Shown: positions 1 to 10,401, counted from the stretch's first letter. The stretch: 64,000 bases of DNA from a virus (IMGVR_UViG_3300033463_006083:32001-96000); one strand, 5' to 3'. Numbers and translations: made by a program. Notes: generated by a model from the sequence alone, not told the origin.

Positions 1-2
1 AA

Positions 3-953
3 GTAGATAAAGATAATGCGGCAGCCGCGGGTGTAGAGCCTCGTATCTGGACTATGGTGTATTATTTAAGTAAAGTATGTGATGCAAAGAAAAGATTAAC
101 TTTGCAAAACTTTAATGGTCTATTGCAACATGAACTTATTCCTCAAGAATTAGATTTGCAAAAAAGAACTTTTGTATTTAATAAATATTTAAAAGCAAAT
201 AAAAAAGTTGGAAAATATTATGTATTTGATAGTGCTTGTGAAGAATTTTATAATAAATTCTTTGATGCAGATAATTTAGAAATAATAAATGGTTTAACTT
301 GTATCCTTCAAACAAGATGGGACAAGATTTATCAAGATGTTATGGCGGATGCCCGCACATGGTTACAAGAACATCAAGAAGAAATGTTAAAAAGATTTAA
401 CACATTATTATTTAAAGAATGTTGGGATAAATATGCACAAGGAAATATCTCCGCATGGGAAATGGAATCATTATGTTTCTATTATCATGAACATGAGTTA
501 GCACATGTTAATACATATAAATATGGAATTGTAAACTTCTTTGATTTGCCAACTAACCCTCCTATTGATTCAATGTTTAAGAGAAATGGTAAAGAGATTC
601 CTATCTTTCAAACATTTAAAATAATAGGAACGGTTATTAATAAAAATGATACAAGAAACTCAATAACTATTTTAACGACAAATGGTATAGTAGTTGTTAA
701 GTTCACAAAAGAATATTATGCAATGTATAATCGTCAATTAAGTGAGATACAAGAAGATGGAACAAAGAAAATAACTGAAAAAGGTTGGTTCACAAGAGGA
801 ACAAAAGTAATGATAACAGGTTTTAGAAGAGATGATATGTTTATAGCTAAAACTTATACAAAGACACAAACTCATCAGTTATATAAAATATTAGAAATAG
901 ATGGCGGCAATATGAAACTTGAACATGAAAGAAAGAATGCCGCAGAAGAATAG
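3..953 (+). CDS. dnaE: DNA polymerase III alpha subunit, C-terminal part with OB fold (5'-partial)
   Basis: The frame is open from the window edge. It contains WEMESLCFYYHEHEL (the DnaE E-x-x-x-L-x-F-Y-x-x-x-H motif) followed by an OB-fold-like segment (IIGTVINK...ITILTTNGIVVVKF). All Trp codons are TGG. Confidence 0.8.
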   Translation, partial: VDKDNAAAAGVEPRIWTMVYYLSKVCDAKKRLTLQNFNGLLQHELIPQELDLQKRTFVFNKYLKANKKVGKYYVFDSACEEFYNKFFDADNLEIINGLTCILQTRWDKIYQDVMADARTWLQEHQEEMLKRFNTLLFKECWDKYAQGNISAWEMESLCFYYHEHELAHVNTYKYGIVNFFDLPTNPPIDSMFKRNGKEIPIFQTFKIIGTVINKNDTRNSITILTTNGIVVVKFTKEYYAMYNRQLSEIQEDGTKKITEKGWFTRGTKVMITGFRRDDMFIAKTYTKTQTHQLYKILEIDGGNMKLEHERKNAAEE

Positions 954-961
954 GAGAATAT

Positions 962-1315
962 ATGAAAAAGATTATTGAACATGGTTTTATGAATTATATG
1001 GAAACTACCTGTCCATACTGCGGCTGCAAGTTTTCATTTGAATGGGAAGATGTAATTAGTCCAACTTGAGGTCCAACTTGGAGATATGATAATACAAATA
1101 TTACAGTTAGTGGTTGTTGTATTACTACTGGAACCGCACAAAGTTATGAAATTTTCTGTCCTGAGTGTAAAAGAAAATTTCCTATCTTAAATTGGACTTT
1201 TAACTATCCTAAAAATACTTGTCCTTTTACATATAGTGGAGAATTAAAAAATACATCTGTAACAAAATATTCCTCAGATTGTACCTGCCACAAATGTTCA
1301 GACAAACATGATTAA
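962..1315 (+). CDS. Cys-rich zinc-ribbon-like protein, 117 aa (code 4)
   Basis: AGGAG RBS and ATG at 962. Motifs CPYCGC, CPEC and CTCHKC. One in-frame TGA at 1067-1069 lies in the tandem repeat cca-act-TGA-ggt / cca-act-TGG. Ends in TAA. Confidence 0.75.
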
Positions 1316-1339
1316 TTATATTAAGCAAGAAATAATATT
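1300..1339 (+). promoter_or_regulatory. Possible copy of the phage-specific promoter motif upstream of nrdD
   Basis: AGACAAAC-N26-AATATT, one mismatch from the GGNCWAAN-N26-(C/A)ATAT motif seen eight times on the minus strand. Confidence 0.4.
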
Positions 1340-1389
1340 GTGATAGAGGTTAAAATCCTTGAAATGATTTATATACTAAGGAGGAGACT

Positions 1390-3633
1390 ATGCAAGTCAT
1401 TAAACGTGATGGTCGTTTAGTAGAATTCGACCCAAAGAAAATCGAGAGAGCTATTCTCGCAGCATTCGAGGATGTAGATGGTGAAATATCTGACTACGCT
1501 AAAGATAAAGCTGAAAATATAGCAAGTTATATTGAAGGATATTATTTAGATGTTGATGAAACACCTAATATTGAAGATATCCAAGACCTAGTAGAAAAAG
1601 GTCTAATGGCAACAAAAAGAAAAGATGTTGCAAAAGCCTATATTTTATATAGGGAAGAAAGAAATAAAATTAGAAATTCTAATAGTCAATTAATGAAGGC
1701 TATTAAGGAAAAGATTGAAGCATCAGATGTTCAAAATCAAAATGCTAATATTGATGAATATTCTTTTGGCGGCCGCATGGGTGAAGCCCGCAGTGAGTTA
1801 ATGAAAGATTATGCATTAAATTATTTAGTATCTGATATGGCAAGAGAAAATCATTTAAATAATGAAATTTATATTCATGATTTAGATGCTTATGCTGTTG
1901 GTATGCATAACTGTTTAACTATTCCTTTTGATAAACTATTAGCAGAAGGATTTAACACAAGACAAACAGATGTTAGACCAGCTCGTTCAATCAACACAGC
2001 ATTTCAATTAGTTGCAGTTTTATTTCAATTACAATCACTTCAACAATTTGGAGGAGTTAGCGCAAGTCATTTAGATTGGACTATGGTTCCATATGTTCGT
2101 ATGTCTTTTAAAAAACATTTTAAAGATGGTATGAAATATTTAATGGGTGTTGAAGATGCCTACTATCCAGAAAATTTATCTATTGAAGATGTACTATATC
2201 AAAATGAACCAAAAGTATATCAATATGCAATGGATATGACAACAAAGGAACTTATGCAAGCTGTTCAAGGTATGTATCATAACTTAAATACATTACAATC
2301 TAGAAGCGGAAATCAATTACCTTTCACTTCTATTAACTATGGTACTTGTACTTTACCTGAAGGTAGAATGGTTACAAAAGCATTATTAGAGGGTTCTATT
2401 GAGGGTGTAGGAAAAGTAAGAAAAACTCCTATATTCCCTTGTGGTATATTCCAATGTATGAAAGGTGTTAATCGTGCTCCTGGAGACCCTAATTATGATT
2501 TATTTAAATTAGCATTAAAATCAACAGCTCAAAGATTATATCCTAATTATGTTAATATAGATTGGTCTACTAACGCAGGATATGATATTAATGATCCTAA
2601 AACATATGTTTCAACTATGGGTTGCAGAACTTATAATGGTGCGGATATTAATGCTGAACCTGGTACAAATCCTCAAACTAAAGACGGCCGCGGCAATATA
2701 TGTCCAGTTACTATTGTAATGCCAACATTAGCTATGGAAGCTAAAGAAGAAGCTGAAAGATTTAGAGAGGGAGCAGATGTATATTTTGATAAAATTGAAT
2801 TATTTATGACGCTATTAGATAAAAAGATTCATGAAGCTAGAGATATGTTAGTTGAAAGATATAAATGGATTATTAGTCAAAATCCTGAATCTGCAAAATT
2901 CATGTATGAAAATGGATTAATGCTTGGTTATGATGGTAAGACAGTTGAAAGTGCTATGAAACATGGAACTCTTGTAATAGGTCAAATTGGTATGGCTGAA
3001 ACATTACAAATTTTAATTGGTTGTGACCATACAGAACCTAGAGGAATGGAGTTAGCAAAGAGAATTGAACAATTATTTAAAGATAGATGTGCTGAATTTA
3101 AAAAAGAATTACATTTAAATATTGGTGTTTATTATACACCTGCTGAAAATATGTGTTATACATCTATGAAAAAATTTAGAAAAAAATATGGAATTATTCC
3201 TAATGTAAGTGATAGAGATTATTTCACAAATAGTATTCATGTTCCTGTATGGAAAGAAATGAGTCCATTTGAAAAAATTGATATTGAAAGTCAATTAACA
3301 GGATATAGTAATGCAGGATGTATTACTTATGTAGAATTAGAGGGCGGAGTTAAACATAATCTTGAGGCTCTTGAAGAAATAGTTAATTATGCTATGGATA
3401 AAGATATTCCATATTTCGCAATAAATGTTCCAAATGATATATGTTTAGATTGTGGTTACACTGATGAATTCAATGATAAATGTCCAATGTGCGGCAGTAC
3501 GCATATTCAACAACTTAGACGTGTTACTGGATATTTAACAGGAGATTATAAAACAGCATTTAATAAAGGTAAACAACAAGAAACTGAACAAAGATATAAA
3601 CATAGTAAAAAATTGGAGAACTGGCATGATTAG
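1390..3633 (+). CDS. nrdD: Anaerobic (class III) ribonucleoside-triphosphate reductase with ATP-cone
   Basis: N-terminal VIKRDG ATP-cone, HIHDLD-like YIHDLD, TMGCRT, C-terminal CLDC...CPMC zinc site and RRVTGYL glycyl-radical motif. Confidence 0.97.
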   Translation: MQVIKRDGRLVEFDPKKIERAILAAFEDVDGEISDYAKDKAENIASYIEGYYLDVDETPNIEDIQDLVEKGLMATKRKDVAKAYILYREERNKIRNSNSQLMKAIKEKIEASDVQNQNANIDEYSFGGRMGEARSELMKDYALNYLVSDMARENHLNNEIYIHDLDAYAVGMHNCLTIPFDKLLAEGFNTRQTDVRPARSINTAFQLVAVLFQLQSLQQFGGVSASHLDWTMVPYVRMSFKKHFKDGMKYLMGVEDAYYPENLSIEDVLYQNEPKVYQYAMDMTTKELMQAVQGMYHNLNTLQSRSGNQLPFTSINYGTCTLPEGRMVTKALLEGSIEGVGKVRKTPIFPCGIFQCMKGVNRAPGDPNYDLFKLALKSTAQRLYPNYVNIDWSTNAGYDINDPKTYVSTMGCRTYNGADINAEPGTNPQTKDGRGNICPVTIVMPTLAMEAKEEAERFREGADVYFDKIELFMTLLDKKIHEARDMLVERYKWIISQNPESAKFMYENGLMLGYDGKTVESAMKHGTLVIGQIGMAETLQILIGCDHTEPRGMELAKRIEQLFKDRCAEFKKELHLNIGVYYTPAENMCYTSMKKFRKKYGIIPNVSDRDYFTNSIHVPVWKEMSPFEKIDIESQLTGYSNAGCITYVELEGGVKHNLEALEEIVNYAMDKDIPYFAINVPNDICLDCGYTDEFNDKCPMCGSTHIQQLRRVTGYLTGDYKTAFNKGKQQETEQRYKHSKKLENWHD

Positions 3634-4123
3634 AATTGCTGGGTTAAATGGAAATGATTTTGTCAATGGAGAAGGTGTAAGCGTTAGCTTATTCCTTCAA
3701 GGTTGTCATTTTCATTGTAAAGGATGCCACAATCCTGAAACTTGGAATCCTGAAGGCGGAGATGCTTGGTATGAAGATGAATTAATCGCGCATATTATTG
3801 AATTGATCGCCGCAAATGGAATACAAAGAAATTTAAGTATTCTTGGTGGTGAACCACTAGATACTGATGATAAAAGAGAATTTGTAAAACAATTAATATA
3901 TAAAACAAGAGATAGATATCCTGATATCAAAATAGTAGTCTGGACAGGATATACATATGAAGATTTAATAAAAGAGAGTAATACAGACTACATTTTAAAA
4001 AATATAGACTATTTGATTGAAGGTCCTTTTATATTAGAAGAACGCGACATAACACTTAAATGGCGCGGCAGCCGCAATCAAAGAGTTATAAATATGAGAA
4101 CAGGAGAAAACATCAATGATTAA
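3626..4123 (+). CDS. nrdG: Anaerobic RNR activating radical SAM protein
   Basis: NGEG...GCHFHCKGCHNPETW (CxxxCxxC), LGGEP and WRGSRNQ. Overlaps the end of nrdD. Confidence 0.96.
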   Translation: MIRIAGLNGNDFVNGEGVSVSLFLQGCHFHCKGCHNPETWNPEGGDAWYEDELIAHIIELIAANGIQRNLSILGGEPLDTDDKREFVKQLIYKTRDRYPDIKIVVWTGYTYEDLIKESNTDYILKNIDYLIEGPFILEERDITLKWRGSRNQRVINMRTGENIND

Positions 4124-4277
4124 TTTTTTAAAAATATTTTTCCCAGCTCTTATGGTAACTGGGGCTGTAGGTAGTTGTGTTTTAAACATTGTTACTGATA
4201 GAGCTAATTGGCCTGTAACATTACAATGGTTTGGAGCTGCATTACTATATACAGCATTATTGTTTAGAAATAAATAA
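4116..4277 (+). CDS. Small two-helix membrane protein, 53 aa
   Basis: AGGAG RBS, and the ATG overlaps the nrdG end. Sequence MINFLKIFFPALMVTGAVGSCVLNIV...WFGAALLYTALLF is hydrophobic. Confidence 0.6.
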   Translation: MINFLKIFFPALMVTGAVGSCVLNIVTDRANWPVTLQWFGAALLYTALLFRNK

Positions 4278-4290
4278 AAAGGAGGAAGAA

Positions 4291-4791
4291 ATGGCAAGTT
4301 CTTATTCATTTTTTAAAGATGAGGTAGCTCAATATTTAAAAGATAAATTCCCTAAAAGTGCAACAATCTTAGATGTTGGACCTGGTTGTGGAACATATTC
4401 TAATTATTTAAGAGATTATTTTAAAGCAATGGATGCAGTAGAGGTATATCAACCTATTATTGATGAGTTTGAACTAAAGAAAAAATATAGAAAAGTATAT
4501 AATAAAAATATTACTGATTTTAAATATGCTTATTATGATATTATTATCTTTGGTGATGTATTAGAACACTTAACAGTGGAAGATGCTCAAAAAGTTTTAA
4601 AATATGCTTGTAAAAGATGCAAAGAAGTTATTGTAGCAGTTCCTTACTTATATCCACAAGGAGCAGAAGGGGATAATGCTTTTGCAGAACATAAACAAGG
4701 CGACTTAACAAAAGAAAATATGTTAGAAAGATATCCTCAATTAAAATTGCTTTATAGCAATGATTTATATGGGTATTATGTAAAAAAATAA
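4291..4791 (+). CDS. Class I SAM-dependent methyltransferase
   Basis: ILDVGPGCG motif I and YDIIIFGDVLEHL. The AGGAGG RBS favours ATG 4291 over the track start. Confidence 0.88.
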   Translation: MASSYSFFKDEVAQYLKDKFPKSATILDVGPGCGTYSNYLRDYFKAMDAVEVYQPIIDEFELKKKYRKVYNKNITDFKYAYYDIIIFGDVLEHLTVEDAQKVLKYACKRCKEVIVAVPYLYPQGAEGDNAFAEHKQGDLTKENMLERYPQLKLLYSNDLYGYYVKK

Positions 4792-4797
4792 AATAAG

Positions 4798-4845
4798 GAG
4801 GTTAAATTATTAAAAATAAACAAATAATAATTTAACCTCTTTTTT
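4798..4845 (+). terminator. Intrinsic terminator-like hairpin
   Basis: gaggttaaattatt...aataatttaacctc 14-bp inverted repeat followed by a T-run. Confidence 0.6.
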
Positions 4846-4859
4846 CTATTGGAGGTTTT

Positions 4860-5792
4860 ATGGAAAACAAGGAAATATGTGATAAAATTTATTACATGAC
4901 TAAGAAAGGGCGTTCTTTTAAAGAAATATGTGAACAACTTGGATTAAAAGATTATGAAATCGTAGGATTAGTTACTCTTATGTCAAGAGAGGGTTATAAT
5001 ATTGATTTCATAGACGGAGAAATTGTTTTAAGGAAAGTTCCTAAACGCAATCAAGACACATATGAAATTCCGTATAATTTAGAACATTTAAAACTATTAT
5101 TAATTAGTGATACTCATTTATGTTCTAAATACGATAGATTGGATATATTAAGATATTTATATGATAAAGCTGAAGATAAAGGAGTAAAACACATACTTCA
5201 TTCTGGCGATTTTACAGATGGAAGATCTACCAGACCTGAACATATATATGAACTAAAAGAACCTTCATATGCAGGACAAGTTGAATATTGTGTTGAAAAA
5301 TATCCTAAATTTAGCGGCAATACTTATGCTATACAAGGTAATCATGATGATTGGTGGTACAAGAGTACAGGAAGTGAAATTCTTAAATCAATCGCAAAAG
5401 ATCGTGATGACATCAAATACTTAGGTGCGGATTCCGCAGACTTAAAAATTGGCAAATTAAAAATTAGATTATTCCACGGTGTAGGCGGGCTTGCATATGC
5501 TAAATCATATAAGTTACAAAAATATTTAGATGCAACTCCTCTTGAAGATAGACCAGATATTCTACAAACAGGACATATTCATCAAAGTTTCTATATGAAA
5601 CAAGATAATACACATTGTTTTCAAACAAGCTGTTTAGAAGATCAAACACCTTATTGCCGTAGTCTTGGATTAGGTAATGATAAATCTTGTTGGTGATTAG
5701 ATATAGATTTTAATGACAAAGGCAATATTTATTCTATCACTCCTGAATTAGAAAATTTTGGAGATAAGAAAGTTTATATAAAAAAGAAATAA
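4860..5792 (+). CDS. Calcineurin-like metallophosphoesterase with N-terminal HTH-like segment, 310 aa (code 4)
   Basis: Motifs ISDTH, SGDFTDG, GNHD, FHG and GHIH. Reading TGA 5694-5696 as Trp extends the frame to TAA 5792, two bases before the next ATG. Confidence 0.88.
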
Positions 5793-5794
5793 TT

Positions 5795-6073
5795 ATGAAA
5801 ACTAAAATAGAAAAACACAAAGAATTATTAGATTACTTACATAATATGTATATTGCAAAAAATCACGATTATGGTGATAGTGTGCATGATACATATAAAA
5901 AATATGGTATTACTTCTTTTCTTGTAAGATTAGAAGATAAATTAAATAGAGCTAGAACAATTAGCTCCAAATCTCAAATGGTAGAAGATGAAAAATTGAA
6001 AGATACTTTATTAGATATGGCAAATTATGCTATATTAGCTGTTTTAGAATTGGAGGAGGAAAAGGATGAGTAA
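5795..6073 (+). CDS. DUF1599 / nucleotide-modification-associated domain protein
   Basis: KNHDYGDS...VRLEDKLNR...DTLLDMANYAIL pattern. Confidence 0.75.
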   Translation: MKTKIEKHKELLDYLHNMYIAKNHDYGDSVHDTYKKYGITSFLVRLEDKLNRARTISSKSQMVEDEKLKDTLLDMANYAILAVLELEEEKDE

Positions 6074-6647
6074 ATTATATTTTAGATATGGTGCTATGAA
6101 TTGCGGAAAAACAACCGCATTATTACAAGTAGCCCATAATTATGAAGAACAAGGTATGACAGTTCTTTTAATAAAACCATCAATCGATACAAAAGGTAAT
6201 GATACTGTTGTTAGTAGACTTGGTATTTCTCGTAAAGTAGATGTATTATTACAACCTAATGATACTATTATTCCACATTTGCCAGATAGAGATATTCAAG
6301 TAAATGCAATTATCGTTGATGAAGCACAGTTTTTAACACCTGCGCAAGTAGATGAATTATATTTTATTTCTAAAACATTGAATATTCCTGTATTAACTTA
6401 TGGATTGAGATGTGACTTTCAAATGAAAGGATTTCCAGGTTCTATAAGATTATTAGAAATAGCTGATGATTTAGAAGAATTAAAAACTATTTGCTCTTGT
6501 GGCAAAAAGGCAACACAAAATCTTCGTTTGGTTAATGGAAGACCAGTATTTACAGGTGAACAAGTTTCTATTGATAATCAAGATGATGTAAAATATTGTA
6601 GTATATGCGGAGATTGTTATTTAAAACTTAAAGGAGAATTTGAATAA
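6066..6647 (+). CDS. tdk: Thymidine kinase
   Basis: YGAMNCGKTT P-loop, VDEAQFL, YGLRCDF and a C-terminal Zn-binding Cys pair. Confidence 0.95.
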   Translation: MSKLYFRYGAMNCGKTTALLQVAHNYEEQGMTVLLIKPSIDTKGNDTVVSRLGISRKVDVLLQPNDTIIPHLPDRDIQVNAIIVDEAQFLTPAQVDELYFISKTLNIPVLTYGLRCDFQMKGFPGSIRLLEIADDLEELKTICSCGKKATQNLRLVNGRPVFTGEQVSIDNQDDVKYCSICGDCYLKLKGEFE

Positions 6648-7438
6648 TGTTTAGACTTATATTAACAACAACAGAGGGTGAAAAAATTGAAGAAATAAAT
6701 GAAATGATAGAGCTCTCTGCGGTATTAGAAAAATATAAAGATAAGTATATTGGTATGCAAGCAATATATTTACCCGGGGAAGTAGTAAAAAAGATCCCAG
6801 AAGAAGAAATAAAAACTGAAGGTAAAAAATATAATACAACAACTAAAATTACTAATTTTAATGTTAATTGGAAAAATATTAAAGCAGCTTGTATGACAAC
6901 TATTTCAAAAGATGCAGGAGATAAAGAACCTTCACACGAATGGAAAAGAAAACTATTATTATGTGAACACAGTCCTATTCGTAGAGGAACTGTAAGCTGG
7001 AAATGGGAAGAAATTCCTTATGCTATTTCAACTCACTTTGCAAGACACCACGAAGGCTGTGAAAAGTTTATTAGTACATCAAGACAAGATAGAACTGGTG
7101 TGGATAGAACGACTAGAAGTCAAATGGATCCAGTTAAAATGGAGATGGATGCTAATATTCAAGCATTATTAAATATTTCTTATAAAAGATTGTGCACTTG
7201 CGCAGATCCGCTTACTAGACAATATTGAACTTCATTAGTAAACGAAATTAAAAAATATGATGAAGATATTTATTGGGCTTGTGTGCCTCAATGTGTAAGA
7301 TGTGGCGGCTGCCCTGAATATAAAAACTGTGGATTATTTAACAGTTTTGCAAAAGATTTAAGCACTTCTGACTTATTAGATATGAATACTAGATATGATT
7401 TATATAATGAACACAGACAAAAAGTGTTGAAAAAATAA
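6647..7438 (+). CDS. thyX: FAD-dependent thymidylate synthase (ThyX-like), 263 aa (code 4)
   Basis: EHSPIR, HFARH...TSRQDR and KRLC. The typical C-terminal CVPQCVRCGGCPE..CG tail lies beyond TGA 7226-7228. Confidence 0.82.
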
Positions 7439-7455
7439 AAAAAATATATTATAAT
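7427..7455 (+). promoter_or_regulatory. SigA-type promoter
   Basis: TTGAAA-17 nt-TATAAT upstream of def. Confidence 0.65.
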
Positions 7456-7489
7456 ATTTATATATATAATAAGAAAAGAGGAAATAAAT

Positions 7490-7969
7490 ATGATAAGACC
7501 AATTTTTACATATCCAAAGGATAAAGATATATTAACTAAAAAAAGTTTTGAAGTTACAGAATTTAATGAGGAAATAAAAAGTATTATTACAGATTTAATT
7601 GATACTTTAAAAAACTCTGGTGGAGCTGGGATATCTGCAATACAAATTGGTAAACCTTATCGTATTTGTGTAATAAATTGGGACGGAATCCATGTGCTAG
7701 TTAACCCTAGAATCACAAGGTCAAGAGGTATCCATACAATGAGAGAAGGATGCCTCTCTGTTCCAGGTCTTTTTGTTGACCATGAACGAGCTCAAAAGGT
7801 GTGGATTACTGCACTAGATGAGAACGGAAAGGAAATTGAGTATGCGGAAGGCGGAAATGGTAGCTATATCGCTCAACATGAGCTAGACCATTTTGAAGGT
7901 AAGTGCTCGTTATTCGACGCGTATGACCAAGCGTCCGCACAATTAACGGGGGTTGAAGAAAATGTTTAA
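7490..7969 (+). CDS. def: Peptide deformylase
   Basis: All three PDF motifs are present: GAGISAIQ, EGCLS and QHELDHFEG. Confidence 0.95.
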   Translation: MIRPIFTYPKDKDILTKKSFEVTEFNEEIKSIITDLIDTLKNSGGAGISAIQIGKPYRICVINWDGIHVLVNPRITRSRGIHTMREGCLSVPGLFVDHERAQKVWITALDENGKEIEYAEGGNGSYIAQHELDHFEGKCSLFDAYDQASAQLTGVEENV

Positions 7970-8498
7970 TTTTATAAAAAGATATAGACAAAGAAAAAAA
8001 CAAGAAAAGAAATTTAACAATTATATTTTTCAACATAAAGCAAAAATGATAAAATTATTTTATGAAATATTACAATGGCAAGATTGTGAATGGATTACAA
8101 AAGATGTAAGAATATTAAATGAATTATGGTATAGAATTCTAGAGCACGATGATAGTTTATATAGTAAGGCGGAGTATAAAGCATTTAGAGCCCATTATTA
8201 TCCTATTGATATTTATGAAAAAATAGATAATGAAGAAAAATTTGAAGAGGCTTTAGAACATCATTACCGCACTAATGACCATCATTGGCAATATAGAAAA
8301 GATTATAATGTTTTAACTCTAGATGTTAAATTAGCTTGCGTTGAAAACTTAATTGATTGGATTGCGAGAAAGAGCGACCCTTATTCAAAATATTATGATA
8401 TAATAGATAGCTTAGATGTTCCCGTAACCCAAAGAGATTTTATGAAAGATTTCTTATCAATAATTGAAAAAAATATAAAGGAGCAAGTTGATGATTAA
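7962..8498 (+). CDS. His-rich HD-like protein (DUF5662-like)
   Basis: HDDSLYS..EY and HHYRTNDHHWQY motifs. ATG at 7962. Confidence 0.55.
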   Translation: MFNFIKRYRQRKKQEKKFNNYIFQHKAKMIKLFYEILQWQDCEWITKDVRILNELWYRILEHDDSLYSKAEYKAFRAHYYPIDIYEKIDNEEKFEEALEHHYRTNDHHWQYRKDYNVLTLDVKLACVENLIDWIARKSDPYSKYYDIIDSLDVPVTQRDFMKDFLSIIEKNIKEQVDD

Positions 8499-8664
8499 TA
8501 TGAGCCCAGCTTTATATTTTGTCTTTGGTTTTATTGCTTGTTTCTTATGTGCATGATTATTAACTTACATAGGTGATGACTATGATGACGATTTAGAAGA
8601 ATACTATAAGGAGGATGACTGGGATGATTTTTCCAAAAAAGAAAAAAAAGAACAACACAAGTAG
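8491..8664 (+). CDS. Small single-pass membrane protein with acidic tail (code 4)
   Basis: AAGGAG RBS. The hydrophobic stretch ALYFVFGFIACFLCA[W]LLTYI continues through the TGA. Confidence 0.5.
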
Positions 8665-9070
8665 ACAGGTAAGTTTAGGAACTTCCTTATATGATATGAA
8701 TAAAAGTCTAATTGAAAAACAAATTCCTGATTTAACAGATGAGGAAATGCAAAATAAAAAAACATTAATTATTGATTTTATTAATAATACGGGCAATCAA
8801 TATTATATGCTATTATGTAATGATAGAAAAGATTATACAATTTTTAGAAGAGAAATAAATGAAAATGATGATTTCTTAGATAATATTGAAGCACCAGACC
8901 GTGATAGATTATGGAATGTATTAATAGATGAATGTCTTCCTAACCGCGGCCGCACAAAATCAATAGAATTAACTGAAAATCAAGATGCTGTTGAAATATG
9001 GATTTCAATAGAGGGAGAAAGTTATTGTTATATGTTTTTCCCTTATGACACAGCTATCATTGAATGTTAG
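8624..9070 (+). CDS. Hypothetical phage protein
   Basis: ORF track. AAGGAGG RBS spacing favours ATG 8624. Confidence 0.7.
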   Translation: MIFPKKKKKNNTSRQVSLGTSLYDMNKSLIEKQIPDLTDEEMQNKKTLIIDFINNTGNQYYMLLCNDRKDYTIFRREINENDDFLDNIEAPDRDRLWNVLIDECLPNRGRTKSIELTENQDAVEIWISIEGESYCYMFFPYDTAIIEC

Positions 9071-9080
9071 GAGGTGCAGT

Positions 9081-9341
9081 ATGACAATTATTGCAAATTT
9101 AAAAACTTTTACTTTTGCTCATAACATTGTAGTTATGGATGGAGATAAAGTACTTACAACAACAAAGGCGGCTATGAAAAACCTTCCTGAGGTTATTAGT
9201 CAACTAGCTAATACTTATGAGTGTAAAAAAATATTATTATCAGGTAATAAAGTTTACACAAAAGGTATTGGTGATAAGATTAGAGAATGCTACAAAGCAA
9301 AATATAAAAATAATGAAGAATTAGAGATAGAGTGTATATAA
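9081..9341 (+). CDS. Hypothetical protein
   Basis: AGGAGG RBS 6 nt before ATG 9081. Confidence 0.7.
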   Translation: MTIIANLKTFTFAHNIVVMDGDKVLTTTKAAMKNLPEVISQLANTYECKKILLSGNKVYTKGIGDKIRECYKAKYKNNEELEIECI

Positions 9342-9352
9342 TCTATCTTTTT

Positions 9353-9381
9353 TTGAAAAAAATAAAAATATGTAGTATAAT
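9353..9381 (+). promoter_or_regulatory. SigA-type promoter directly after a small terminator
   Basis: TTGAAA-17 nt-TATAAT, preceded by an agatag...ctatct hairpin and a T-run. Confidence 0.65.
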
Positions 9382-9413
9382 ATAATATACGAGGAAATAA
9401 AAGGAGATAAACT

Positions 9414-9665
9414 ATGAAATATTTATTAGAAACAACTGAGTCTTATAGAGTCAGTACAGAAGAAGAAGTTACTGAATTAATCGAGGCTGCAAAAAGAGAT
9501 AATCACTATATATTAAAAAAACATACTTCTCAAGTAAAAGAAAGAAAACAGAAAGGTGAAGTAGTTGATATGTGGTATAAAGTTACTTTAACTAAATATT
9601 TTACAAATGAAAAAGAACCTGAAGGAACAACAGAAGTTGTTTATAAGGATGGGAGTGCATTTTAA
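9414..9665 (+). CDS. Hypothetical protein
   Basis: ORF track with AAGGAG RBS. Confidence 0.75.
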   Translation: MKYLLETTESYRVSTEEEVTELIEAAKRDNHYILKKHTSQVKERKQKGEVVDMWYKVTLTKYFTNEKEPEGTTEVVYKDGSAF

Positions 9666-9667
9666 TT

Positions 9668-10198
9668 ATGGATAATTTAGTAACTTATACAGTAGACAAC
9701 TCAGATACTTGTATGACTATGAGTGATGTAAAAGTAATTGACGGAAAAATGAATTGAAGAACTGATGTTTATTATAAAAAATTAAAAGATGATGCAAAGG
9801 TTCCAACTCAAGGAAGTGGGGCTGCCGCAGGTTATGATTTGTATAGCCTAGAATCAGATGGATTAATCGAAATTGCTCCGCACACAACAGTAAAAGTAGG
9901 AACTGGAATTGCTATTGAATTACCATATAACACTTTTGGTGCAATATTTGCTAGAAGCGGACTTGCTACAAAACAAGGACTACGCCCTGCTAACTGTGTA
10001 GGTGTTGTTGATTCTGATTATAGAGGAGAAGTAATAGTAGCTCTTCATAACGATACAGATGAAGTTAAATCTATTGTAGGCGGCGATCGTATAGCTCAAT
10101 TAGTAGTTATGCCTTATGTACCTGTTAGATTTACCGAAAAAGAAGAATTAACAGATACTGTTCGCGGCGACGGTGGATTTGGTTCTACAGGAGCTTAA
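9668..10198 (+). CDS. dut: Trimeric dUTPase (code 4; the start may be ATG 9749)
   Basis: Motifs AAGYDL, ARSGLA, GVVDSDYRGE, RIAQL and RGDGGFGSTG. Every in-frame ATG upstream of motif 1 lies before TGA 9755-9757. Confidence 0.93.
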
Positions 10199-10199
10199 T

Positions 10200-10391
10200 A
10201 TGAATGCGGGTCTTTTAGCTTTATTGATGGCTCAACGCAATACTATGATGACGCAATCAACAATAGCAAAGAGCCACTCACATAATTCAAATAATGATAA
10301 CATAAAAAAAGAAGAATATAAACCAAAACATGAAGAGAAACACTATAAACCTAAACACACAAAAGAGGAAATAAGAGTAGTGTCTATATAA
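10200..10391 (+). CDS. Hypothetical small protein with YKPKH repeat
   Basis: ATG directly after the dut stop. It fills the gap to the next RBS. Confidence 0.5.
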   Translation: MNAGLLALLMAQRNTMMTQSTIAKSHSHNSNNDNIKKEEYKPKHEEKHYKPKHTKEEIRVVSI

Positions 10392-10401
10392 GGAGGAAAA
10401 T

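Noticed and set aside
1061-1081. TGA read as Gly (code 25) or selenocysteine
   Set aside because: Internal repeats and paralogues pair TGA with TGG, and conserved motifs require Trp.
1325-1345. NrdR box upstream of nrdD
   Set aside because: Only a half-site-like atattgtg is present, the palindrome is poor, and the region fits the phage promoter motif better.
1651-1653. AGG-to-Met reassignment, as reported in some uncultured Bacilli
   Set aside because: AGG here encodes the conserved Arg of the ATP-cone AYILYR motif.
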